DNA of 63,775 bases, filler included, from Choristocarpus tenellus KU-1152 (lineage: Eukaryota > Protista > Phaeophyceae): NCBI GenBank assembly GCA_964200185.2. It is 9 parts of 9 records of this genome, joined end to end, with 100 filler letters (N's around TTAATTAATTAA, not from the genome) between each part and the next. Parts side by side here need not be neighbours in the genome. Positions count along the whole stretch, not along the records: positions 1 to 6,913 come from CAXNAD020007077.1; positions 7,014 to 24,408 come from CAXNAD020000678.1; 7 more parts are not named here. One strand, given 5' to 3'. The translations under genes were made by a program, and so were the position numbers. Positions 1 through 16,366 of the stretch are shown piece after piece. Below the pieces are notes generated by a model. It was not told the DNA's origin and did not search any database. It saw nothing but the letters and a program-made list of their open reading frames with translations. The stretch's first letter is position 1. Every line of letters starts with the position of its first letter.

Positions 1-132
1 ACATCCTTTTTTCTTCTCCCCCCCCCCCCCCCCCCCCCCCCCCTGCTTCCCCTCTCCTCCCCTCCCCTTCCCTTCTCTGTTACGCAATTTTAAGATTTTG
101 CTAATGCAATTATTCTGATAAATGTATCTTAA

Positions 133-6132
<6,000 letters not shown>

Positions 6133-6854
6133 GTAAGAATTATTATTATTATTGTTAGTGTAAGTTTTATTTCTGTTAGTATTATCATTGTTAGTATTTA
6201 GTTCTATTGTTTTGAGTACCACTATTTCTGTTTTAGGGTTAGGGTTAGGGTTTATTATTCGATGGTATTGATGACCTTGCTCCGGAAAAGGGAAAGATCC
6301 AGAAATGTTTATTTTTGTTTCTTATTGTTCTTTTTTGGGGGGGGGGGAGATTTGTGCCATGCAATCCCTTTTTGTGAAACGGATTGATTTGGTTTGTAAT
6401 TGAAGAGTAGAGGTATTATTTCCAACAACACTAATAATAATAATTGCAATAATGTTTTTTAACTGTTTCTATTTTTTCAGTCAATAATTGCATGAGGTAG
6501 TTACAAGAGTAGTCAATGGTGTGCTTGTTGATGGAGACACAGATTCACAGGGGATGAATTCCAGGAATGAACTTTGCATCAGTGAGTTAACTATTCATAG
6601 AGAGACGATATAACAACAATAATGCATTATGGTATTGTCTGGTGTGGTCTGTATATATTTACTCTGATCTCCAATCTCCATTGAAGTCTTTCAAATATCG
6701 AGTTACTGGGTTACTAAATGGTTAAATGTATTGCACTGAATCAGCACTAGTTGTGTAGTATATAGACTTAACTATTTCTATTGCTATTGCTATTGCAACC
6801 ATTATCTGCTCTAAGTTCTTGTTGCTTTATGGTAGTTAATCTTGCTGTTCTAAT

Positions 6855-6913
6855 GGGCCAAAGTATCTGGGGGGGGTGGGGGTGGGGGGTGGTTTGTGAG
6901 GGGGCGTCTGTTT
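6855..6913 (+). mobile_element. MITE family C, left end (truncated by contig end)
   Basis: GGGCCAAAGTATCT-polyG-GGTTTGTGAGGGGGCGTCTGTTT matches the copies at 24234 and 28080. Confidence 0.75.
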
Positions 6914-7013
6914 NNNNNNNNNNNNNNNNNNNNNNNNNNNNNNNNNNNNNNNNNNNNTTAATTAATTAANNNNNNNNNNNNNNNNNNNNNNNNNNNNNNN
7001 NNNNNNNNNNNNN
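6914..7013. other. Artificial contig linker (N44-TTAATTAATTAA-N44); identical linkers at 24409-24508, 28146-28245, 31839-31938, 38052-38151, 44030-44129, 47962-48061, 58945-59044
   Basis: Eight identical 100-bp N-padded spacers carrying stop codons in all six frames. Confidence 0.98.
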
Positions 7014-7437
7014 ATTCCATTTCATTCGATTCTCACACGGGTCCTTTTGCCCCCTCTGTCCTATGTTTTTTTTTTTTATTATTGGGTTTGTTAGTTTTTT
7101 CGTTTGTGTGGGTCTTATAGGCTACAGGTACAGTTTGTACTACCTGAGGCCGAATTGTTTCGATATTCTTGGGCCACCGCTGTTACCTTCTTTTTTTTGT
7201 ATGTTTGCCGGTATGCACAGTACTTCGTAGTAAAAGAGACGCTTTAGGGTTAGTGTTACTTTATTTTTCTATTATTTCTTTCGGTAAAAAAAGAAATAAC
7301 TGTTAGATACTACTATTGTTATTAATGTACTCCTTAATAAAAAAATTTAAAAAAAATAGTAAAAAAAATATCCGCAACATTTTCTTTTTTTTAATCCTGC
7401 TGTTCAATTCAATCAATTCACGAACGCACGCCCGCAG

Positions 7438-7625
7438 GAATTTTGGGAATCCCGACGGAAAACCCTGGCGGACGAAGAGGCCAAGGCGAACTCCAGGTAC
7501 ACGGGAACACCCAACGAAATGCCCAGTGATTTGGTTGCGGAGACTACATCAGACGGCACGCTGAAATTCAAACTAAATGCCCGGACCATTCACAGCATCT
7601 TCACCATGTATCCCATTGTATTCAA
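7438..7625 (+). CDS. Single exon of TFIIH p62/Tfb1 (GTF2H1)-like BSD-domain protein
   Basis: CAG acceptor and GTGAGT donor. Translation EFWESRRKTLADEEAKANSRYTGTPNEMPSDLVAETTSDGTLKFKLNARTIHSIFTMYPIVFK resembles the p62 segment between BSD repeats (EFW...L...I..IF..YP.V). Not shown in the ORF track. Confidence 0.65.
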
Positions 7626-10129
7626 GTGAGTATTGGAGTGAGGAGTGGTGCTCTCTCTAAGGGCTAGGGTTTGGATTTGATGGAGGCGTTGCTGTTGAGA
7701 TTTGGAGGGGCCTGGGGGGGGGAAGGGGTCGGTCTGGGTTGGTTCAGCTGTTGTTTGCTTGCTCACCTTGACCCTGGGGTATGGGTGCTGTCGTCGATAG
7801 TGATAGATGCACTGGCTCTCTCTCTCTCTCTCTCTCTTTTTCTTTTTCTCTATTTCATGCGACTTTTTTAGTTTTGGTGTGGGTTCATTGCAGGCAAGTT
7901 AGGGTTACATGTAGTGAGTGTGTTGTGTGCCTCTTGTGGGTATAAGGAAGTTTTGTGTCAATGCATTACTGATACGTCTGTACATGCATTTGTAATATGA
8001 TGTTCGGGTTAGGGTTAGGGTTGGTTGCATCTAGAATGGAAGTTGTAAGTTGTACTTGACCACGAGAGGGACTGTGCTACTACTGTGGATACAGTAATAG
8101 GTGTGTCAAGATTATGCTTGACCATTTATGAGAATATGATTGGAAGTATTATTTTATATACGCACAGAAGATAATGCGGAACATTCGGGATATTTAGGCG
8201 GGGTATTTGATCGGAAGAAACCGACGGACTATTATAGTCGGAGTGTTTCTGACGGAAAATAGATTCAATGTTAGGATTGGTGAGCCCCACCTAGTGCAGG
8301 TATCTCACTCTCTTCTTAACTGTGGTACAAGTTAATAAACAATAATATAACTAGTTGTGTGGGACAACAGATCGTCAAGGACAACTTAACATCCCTTCTT
8401 GTTCACATAACACCCAACTTGTACATCACTGTTGTACCAACGGTAAAGAAAATAGAAAATTGTGTCGTGGGGTTCCTACTCTCTCACTTGCTATCTCCCA
8501 CCCTAGCGAATACAGAGGTACCACAATCACAACTGTAATTGCAGATATTTTTAGGTGATGCAAAAAAGTTTGCATGTTGATTGATTGTCCATAATCCATG
8601 GAGGAGTTTCTACCATGAAAACCTGAGTTCCGTGCTTTGCAAGAGTTGCTTCACGGAAGGAGTCACACACATTGAGGTCATTACAACTGCCGCACTTGCT
8701 TCTCAATTTCAAGAACAATATATTTCAATAGTTGGTGCCGTAAATTTCCATAAGTGTCGACAGAGCCATCTCAACCCAACCAATTGTTCTTTGTTTGGTT
8801 ACCTCTCTCTGCAGTTGATACTTAAAAGAAATTGTTCTCCATGCAGAGACATGTGCCTAGATCAGGAGTGCGACTCCTAAATATAGTATCACTGGATATA
8901 TTCTTGAGAAGTGAGCAGCTCAGTACAGGGAATGGCCATCTCAGGAAGTATTTTGACATGTTGTGTACACAGAATTGATCACATACGAATGCACTGACCC
9001 TTTCCATTAAATAGTAGGAGTAGATATGTGATCCAAATCATTTCAATGTAAGGGTTCGAAACTATCCAACGTTACTGATTTACCAATCCAAAGATGCTTA
9101 GTTCATTGATTACCTCGACCTACATGTTAGGGGGGCAAGGAAATATTTCTTTCCCTGGAATTTGCCCCTGATGATGGATATCAAGACACAAAGTATGAAT
9201 GTAACTATATGATTGCACAGCCTACAGTTAGGAAGCAGGCTTCTGAAAATGGGTGCATACCCCTAAGGCATTGAAACCTGACTGATGCTGTCCTGATGCC
9301 TACCTATTTACTACTCCAGGGCATTAATTATGTCTTGAATGATACTAGGTATCATACTACAGCTTTGCAAGACAACAAAAAATTAAGATGATAGTAACAC
9401 TCCTTGTGTGTGTGGGTTGTCACTTGTTGCGAGGATGTTTGACTTTTCAAGAGATTCTACTGAATCGCTGGGGCAGCCAGTAGCACGATTATGGTATGTG
9501 AAGATACAACAAAATCAGAGGCTGGGGTGCTACCCAGCTAAATCTGTGAGGCACCCACCCGCTAATGGGTGTCATGCCTTAGTGATAATCTCAATCTCTG
9601 TGTTGCCTGTAGAACCTGTTACCTGCATCCAACCTCACAGATTTTTTACCCTCCCACTGTAGAGAGTTCACAAAGCGCCCCACCTCAGGTTTGAACACAC
9701 AACCCCTGACTAAATCTAATATCGAGATTCCACAGTGGAATCACATTTCAAGATTTGATTGATTTTCGAGGTTCAAGTTTTGAGATACAACTTCCTTGAA
9801 AGAAGGTGAGACTTGTACAGCAACAAGCAGTAGTGAACAAATTACGTTTCACAGAACACTAGAAGTCTGTTTTGATCATGGTTCCACCAAAGAGAGGAAC
9901 GAAATAAGATATGATGTCAATTCAGCAAGTCGATTCATGATTCCTGCAATGATGACCCTGAATAGCAAGCTGTGTGAAAGACACAACACAAAACACAGAT
10001 ATGAAGCTGTGTCATTCCAAGCATCTTTCTTCAAATTATTGATTCATGACATAAGCTGTTCTATCTAGTATCCATTATAAGGTGCTACAACACATACAAT
10101 TCACAGAAAAAATCCATACTTGCACATGT

Positions 10130-11194
10130 TCAATTCAGTGAAACTGCCTCCTGTGGTTGGTCATCCCATCCAGTTTCACGAATCCGCTCTATCAGTTCTG
10201 CCTTCCTACCTCCAACCCCCGTCCCTATTCTCTTCGCTATGAACCTGAGCTCCTTGACGGTCAAGGTCTCTAAACGTGAGAGTGTGGCTGAACCAGAGAC
10301 CTTACCATCCAAATCCTCTGATCGAGGGATTAGTAGACTAACCTTGGCCCATGCCGTGTCCATTCTCTTCGACAGCTTTCCAGTAGCTATCACCAATGTT
10401 TTCAACTTCTCCAACTGCACCTCTTCACCATTCCCAGATCTTAAAAAAGAACTCACTTCCTCTCCGCAGCGGTCCTCGTTTGGCCGCATCCCAGCAGGCC
10501 TGTTGCCACTAACGACAGCACTAAGCATGCTCTCCAGTGAACTCAAGCGAGCATTGGTAGATGCAAGCTCAACCTCGAGCTCTTGAAGTGGATGAAGTGG
10601 CGGGAAAGCAGGTAGCTCTGCCGGCCCGGCGATACCAGCTGGTTTCTCCTCTATCACCGTGCGCGCTGTACCCAAGGCTACGTCTACAACAGCAAGGGCT
10701 GTCCCAGCAACCCCACGAGCAGCTTCTCCCGCTAATCCACTACGCTTAGCCATTTCCATCGCCACAATCGCGCCTGCTACCGGGATAACAGCTTCAAGAC
10801 CTCGGCCCAGGCTTCCCACTAACCAGGAAGATATAACAGCTCCTACTAGACCGCTGGCTGCTAGAATGGGCAAAGGGGCACGGCGTGCAGCTTCCGCTGC
10901 CTCTGTTTCACGGGCCACACTCTCATATACTTCTTGTTCCATAGCAAGAATCTTTCGCCGCAGTTCCATGTCGCGATTGGAATCCACACCTTCCACATCA
11001 CCAGAACACTTAGTTCCAGAGCGCACTGCCCTAGGACTAGGAGTTAGGTGACGAGGAACAGGTCTAGAATTGAACGAAGGCGAATTATGTGTCGAGAATG
11101 CTAGCGCCTTTGTTGGTACTAATGCAGCCATCATAAGAAAAAACAGGCCAATGCATCCTCTATGAAACTCAATAGTGACGATTACTTTCTCCAT
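10130..11194 (-). CDS. Intronless, predicted plastid-targeted protein with coiled-coil region and C-terminal SAP-like domain
   Basis: 354-aa ORF. Hydrophobic N-terminus ends ..KALA-FSTHNSPSF (ASAF-type cleavage), followed by an S/P/R-rich transit-like peptide. C-terminal LETLTVKELRFIAKRIGTGVGGRKAELIERIRE fits the SAP consensus. Start codon uncertain. Confidence 0.75.
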   Translation of the reverse strand: MEKVIVTIEFHRGCIGLFFLMMAALVPTKALAFSTHNSPSFNSRPVPRHLTPSPRAVRSGTKCSGDVEGVDSNRDMELRRKILAMEQEVYESVARETEAAEAARRAPLPILAASGLVGAVISSWLVGSLGRGLEAVIPVAGAIVAMEMAKRSGLAGEAARGVAGTALAVVDVALGTARTVIEEKPAGIAGPAELPAFPPLHPLQELEVELASTNARLSSLESMLSAVVSGNRPAGMRPNEDRCGEEVSSFLRSGNGEEVQLEKLKTLVIATGKLSKRMDTAWAKVSLLIPRSEDLDGKVSGSATLSRLETLTVKELRFIAKRIGTGVGGRKAELIERIRETGWDDQPQEAVSLN

Positions 11195-11408
11195 CCTGGA
11201 GACGACAGCTCTATGAGTAGACTAAGCCATGCTCTCATACATCCCGAAATCTACACAAAAGGAGTTGGTAGAGGTATGATACTCAAACACATAAATCAAT
11301 ATTGCGAGGATGCAATTCTGATACATCGTATCTATGAAAGTAATATATATATAGAGAGAGAGAGAGAGACTTACTAATAATAATTGTAGTACAACCCTGA
11401 CATCAACG

Positions 11409-12311
11409 ATGATGATAAAAGACAACGAAGAGAAAGAGAACGATCTCGTAGCTGGAATAGTCAGATCGCTAGCTCGTCAGGCGCGATCACTCTCTCGACT
11501 CTTAGCTGGTGCAGACATTGGTAGTTTGCCAAGGAGAGTGCCAGCTAGAAGACTGGGAAAGTTGACAGATCAACTCAACTACGTCCAAGAATTTTACCGT
11601 AATATATTCGAGAAAGGATGGAACAAAGACACGCGTCAGAGAAGCAATAGTGGAGGTGTAAGCCAACGTATCTGGCGGGTCACAAAGCAGTCGTTGTCAC
11701 CTTTTATGAAGAATACTGCACTGGGCAGTGCGTTGTTCTCGACCTACCAGGTGGTGGATGACAAACTGATCATCAAAATAGTGAACTGCGGGGAGATCCA
11801 GCACATGAATGTAGGTAACGAGGTGGGGTTAAAGAGTGCCATTGCTGCGTTCGCAGGATGCGCAGCTGGTGCTGTACATGGAACTTTGGATATAGCTTAC
11901 AACGCCATGTTTTCCAACAGGTCGGTGATGCACGTCAAAGGCACTCTCGTGTCCCATACCCTGGTGCATGGAACTCTCTTTTCCACATTTCAGCTGGCTA
12001 AATTCGGTGCTTTGGCGGTTGGTGGTAAAGATTTATCACAGTGGGGAGGTGCTGTTGCTGTTGGCGTTGCTGGGGCGGTGGCAGGCGTCGCACAAGAGAC
12101 TATGGCTTTCTACTCTTGTAGACTTGAGAAACACGGTCTTCGACGCGGGATTGCAGCAGCCTGGAAGCTTCCGCTGCCCAGCTGGCGTGGGGTTTTGGCG
12201 GCTGTACCAGCATCCACCCTTGGGTTTTTGGCATTTGAATATGGAAGGTTGACAGGTTCAGGTAACAGCAGTGGCCAACATAATGGGACTACAGCTGTTA
12301 GTGCAGAGTAG
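11409..12311 (+). CDS. Intronless membrane protein, degenerate mitochondrial-carrier (SLC25)-like
   Basis: 300-aa ORF with alternating AG..AG helices (AAFAGCAAGAVHG; VGVAGAVAGVAQ) and even-helix-like segments (ALFSTYQ; TLFSTFQLAK; AVPASTLGFLAFEYGR). Canonical PX[DE]XX[KR] motifs are not evident. Confidence 0.6.
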   Translation: MMIKDNEEKENDLVAGIVRSLARQARSLSRLLAGADIGSLPRRVPARRLGKLTDQLNYVQEFYRNIFEKGWNKDTRQRSNSGGVSQRIWRVTKQSLSPFMKNTALGSALFSTYQVVDDKLIIKIVNCGEIQHMNVGNEVGLKSAIAAFAGCAAGAVHGTLDIAYNAMFSNRSVMHVKGTLVSHTLVHGTLFSTFQLAKFGALAVGGKDLSQWGGAVAVGVAGAVAGVAQETMAFYSCRLEKHGLRRGIAAAWKLPLPSWRGVLAAVPASTLGFLAFEYGRLTGSGNSSGQHNGTTAVSAE

Positions 12312-12437
12312 TGATATGTACTAAAGTACATCAACTTATTTTTTTAGGTGCCTTCGTGACTCTTTCAAATTAGATTGTGAAAGCAGGGGAGATACCCAGG
12401 TGCTTCCACCTCAGAGCAAATTATCCATTAGGCATCC

Positions 12438-15400
12438 TCAGAAGGGTATAGGGCTCTCAAACACCACCTTCTCACCGGTTTGTGGCTGCAAAACATACGA
12501 TATCAAGAAGGGGAGGAGAGAGGGGGTCAAACTTGTGAGAGGAACAGCAGTGGAGGGTGTTGTGATCAAAACAACCTCCATCTCATAATTACTTTAGCAT
12601 TCATGACTACAAAATGTGCCAGCCCTACCAGGGAACGATTCTGATAAATGGATGTCATGCTAAGGAGATGGCGATAGGATGTTGATCCAACTACTGTTCT
12701 CTTTCTTGATGCATTGCCTTTGTCAAGAATATGCTCTGTCTAATATATATATTTTTTCTTGCATTAGTCACCAAAATAGTCGACTCCTATCTAGAATTCT
12801 AGTTGTTGCATCTAATCTTTGAATCATTCGAAAGCACTTTTCCTGCCCCACTTCTCTGCTATACACCAGACAGCACATGCCCAGGAACAATCTGCTTTCA
12901 CCCTTCTTTGCTTCTTACATGAGCAAAGGATAGTGATCGTGCATGCAGCATGAGCCTGCTTGACATGGCTTGTCCCTCTCGCGTACCGTATAGTGTATCC
13001 CCAAGTATAGGGTGCCCTAGAGCCAGTGCATGCATTCGTATCTGAGCATGAGGAAAAATGAAAGAGGACATTTCAGAAGTGCAAGAAAACAAAATCCACA
13101 CGTTTAATGAACAACCCCCCCCCAGATATGACAGGTGATTAACAGCAAGTACAAGGAAATTTCTAGAGTACTATTCAACTGTGCAGAGTATTCAGGTTCA
13201 ACTTCTACAATCTGAGTTCAACAGTGATGAGGAACAGCAGATGATGTATTTCTAGTTGAAGGTTTAACTTCCACACAATCAAGATGAAGGTTTGGATATC
13301 AACTGTCTGCGTCACGCAGCACATTGGAGTGCATTTGATGCATAGAACACCACCGACCAACATTGTGGGGTTCTAGAAACAAAAGCATCTCCAATACATG
13401 TAAACAGGACCATGTGTAAGGAGAGTGCATAACTGTATCATTTCCACCACCGCATATCTACACGGAAGATGGTCACATAAGGGGGTTGGGAAGGGGATTG
13501 ACCTGGTGAGTTCGCCCAGTGGCAGGTTTGAAGTCCACCCTAGTGCAATTGGCCTCTCGTTTCAGGACTTTCCACTTTGTACTTGCTGACTTGCCCCCAT
13601 CTTCATCCAGCACCTTCCATGGTTGCATCACACAAAGTTGTCATATCAGTGGGCTCTCTTCTGGGCAGGCCAAAATACTGTCAAGTGTGAATTAATCACC
13701 GGTCCGGAATTCACAGAAGTAGCAAGGCAGCCCATCACAGAGAAGACATTTGATGGAAAAAAACAAATATATGGTTCAAATTACGAAGGCCTTGTGTAAT
13801 AAGTTCAAAACATTCAAAGTCAGCTCTCTCTATACATAAACCACCCAAAATAAAAAAATAAAATGGAATGTAAGTACATAATGTAAGTCATACAACACAA
13901 ACATATCTTCATAATTACCATGAGCGCTTTGCTTGGCTGGATTTGATTGATTAGTGGGATGAAGTTGTCCAGGAAGGGTTTGAAGAGGGGCAGAACCTTG
14001 TGACTGTAAAGGTTGCCTGGGTAGAACAAATCCACGTGGAAATGCTGAGTCAAATGTACTAACCTGACGAGGTCGATCTTCCAAGTCTGGTCGCATTTTG
14101 GCTACCACTTCGCCTTCATCAGTTCCTTCTCGCATCCTTCCCTCCAAAACTGCAGTGTAACACTTAGCGGTGACTGTATTCAAGGGTTGAGAATAAATAT
14201 TGAATGGAGGATTCAGCATAGAGGAGTCAGAAGTAACCTACCAAGACATGGGGCAGTGGGACTTGCTATGGTCATGAATTGCACTGTGCGAACATCCGCA
14301 AGACACCTGTTACAAAAAATAATTGAAGGCAGCTTGGTTTTTGTGCAGCATGAAACCTCAACTGTTTCTTGCACACTGAGAAGCACACTATGTTGAATCA
14401 AACTTCAATCCAACGTAGTGCTGAGTAGTTTCTTCACCCTACGCAGCCTCCCATATGTCAAACAAAATGATGCACCAAGCATCTTCACCGTGATACAAAA
14501 CGGAGAGATCTCGAACCCAAATAGTTTAATGATAGTCACGCTGGCAGAAGACAAAGCTGCAAAAGGCCGATCAAGTCTCCTCAACAGTGACCACGGTCTG
14601 CCACAGTTTCACCTCGCTCTCTGAACTGCTGACTCAGGTCCTTGGCTGCCTCAGCTGTGAGAGCCACGACCACCACTCCAGAAGTGCCCTGGTCAAGTCG
14701 GTGAACATGTCTTGCTTCAGGCCACCTACACAGTCAACCCATGGATATTATGGATGCATTTGGTCATGGTTGATGATTGAAACTAAACGACAGCCCTAGA
14801 GTAGTACTGTGTTTGGGATTGTAGCAAGAAAATTCTGTACAGGAGGGAAGCTGCAGGTGACTCAGGATACCCTTTCTTTTTTATGAGCAAGATCATTGTC
14901 CCAGTGATAGTGTTGGCGTGCATAACCATTTTGGTTTTGGGCTTTCTTACAGCCTGCATCTTTGTGCAGGCACTTCTGCATTCCTTCATCCTTGTTGGCA
15001 ACAAAACGATCATTTGGGCAGTTGACTTCGATCATGGACCAATTTCATGCATGATGGTGAGAGCTGAAAGTATTTACCAGTTCGAACATATCACAAGAGA
15101 GTGCACCTCTTGAAGACCCGGTTGAGGAGGCAGTCACACCCGGGGCCTGCCTCATGGTTAAGGTTGCTACTCATTGTTTGCCACAGTTTCTCAGCCATAT
15201 CAGTCCCCTCTTTTCCCTGTAACCCCAAAGAAGAGGATGTATATTTCAAGAACTTTGTTCTGTTCATGCGAACACAATTGTAGCAAGGAGAAAGAGAAGC
15301 GGCATGTCAACAACAGATGGCAGTGAGGTGGGAAAGCAAAAGCAAAGTCAGTATCTTATCTTTATACCAATCAAGGGTGTGCACAACCGTGGGTACTTCC

Positions 15401-16164
15401 TGATGCCAGAGGTGGTGGCCTCTGACTTAGGGTACCACTACACGAATATATCTGCTGAAGATGCTCAGCTCCTAATTTACTACAGTGTAAAATTTACGAA
15501 CTGTTGGTTACAAATAGTCATCACCGTGAAATAGGTTTTCCCCTTCACTCACTTTCTTCTGGGTACATTATGATCCCCAGCCAGGCGCCGAAGACAGGTT
15601 GCTATTTGCTCGTTCCCATTCGGTGGATTTGAAAATCTACCCTCTTCCCCTTCGCCAACAGGTACGGATGTGCTGGAGTTTGTATCAGCCAGAAGTGACG
15701 TGCAGGTATCGTGTACAACCTGCGTCCAGAACTCTTGTCTAGATCGCTTAGTGCCACGGTGCCACTCCACCTACTGGGGTTCACCCAAGAGCAAGAGTAT
15801 CTAAGGAGCTCAGGAAATTTCAAGTCTTTCTAACGATTCCTGTTGACACCCCGTCATTGTAGAGTTGTAGATTTACAGTGATTATCGTGCCAGATGGCCA
15901 AGCCTTGGTTGGAGCAATTCACCACACTTGACTGCGGCAATTCAATTATCACAATCCGCACAAGGGGTAACACAACCAGCAAAGAAATACCTGTGCCTTG
16001 GAGTCCAATCCTTCACCCTGGTTCCCGGGCACTGTTCTAAGACCAGATGGCTTATTCAGTACCACAACTTGTTCGTCGAAGTACAAAACGTCAAGGGCTG
16101 CATCTTCCCCCACTCGACGAGACATGCACAGTCGTTCCTTGGGACCTTCTTCGGAGCATGCCAT
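12438..16164 (-). CDS. RluA-family RNA pseudouridine synthase (about 8 exons)
   Basis: Motifs in order across exons: VLNKPSGL (~16040), HVHRLDQGTSG with catalytic Asp (~14612-14725), KCYTAVLEG (~14150), PATGRTHQ/IRMH (~13503/13041), GHPILGDTLYG, RLMLHA, and last exon PQTGEKVVFESPIPF* (12438-12485). Confidence 0.92.
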
Positions 16165-16366
16165 GACAAGACAGTCGGTCGAAGCAACAGTATTAGTACC
16201 AACTGTTGTACTTCCTGATCCTCCTTCCTTCTAGTTCTCCGACGACGCCTCCAAATTTAGAAAAATATATCAAGAGAAGAGGAGAAGTATCACAAATCAC
16301 AGGTCACAGGACATAACGCAGACTCGACTCTTGAAACGAAAGCGAAAACATGTCCGATAGTTGGGG

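Noticed and set aside
6914-7013. TTAATTAATTAA palindrome recurring 8 times
   Set aside because: Artificial six-frame-stop linker between contigs; not biological. Cross-contig gene neighbourhoods were therefore not interpreted.
10239-11051. Antisense ORFs overlapping real genes (also 21001-21834, 53645-54657)
   Set aside because: Shadow ORFs of GC-richer coding sequence.
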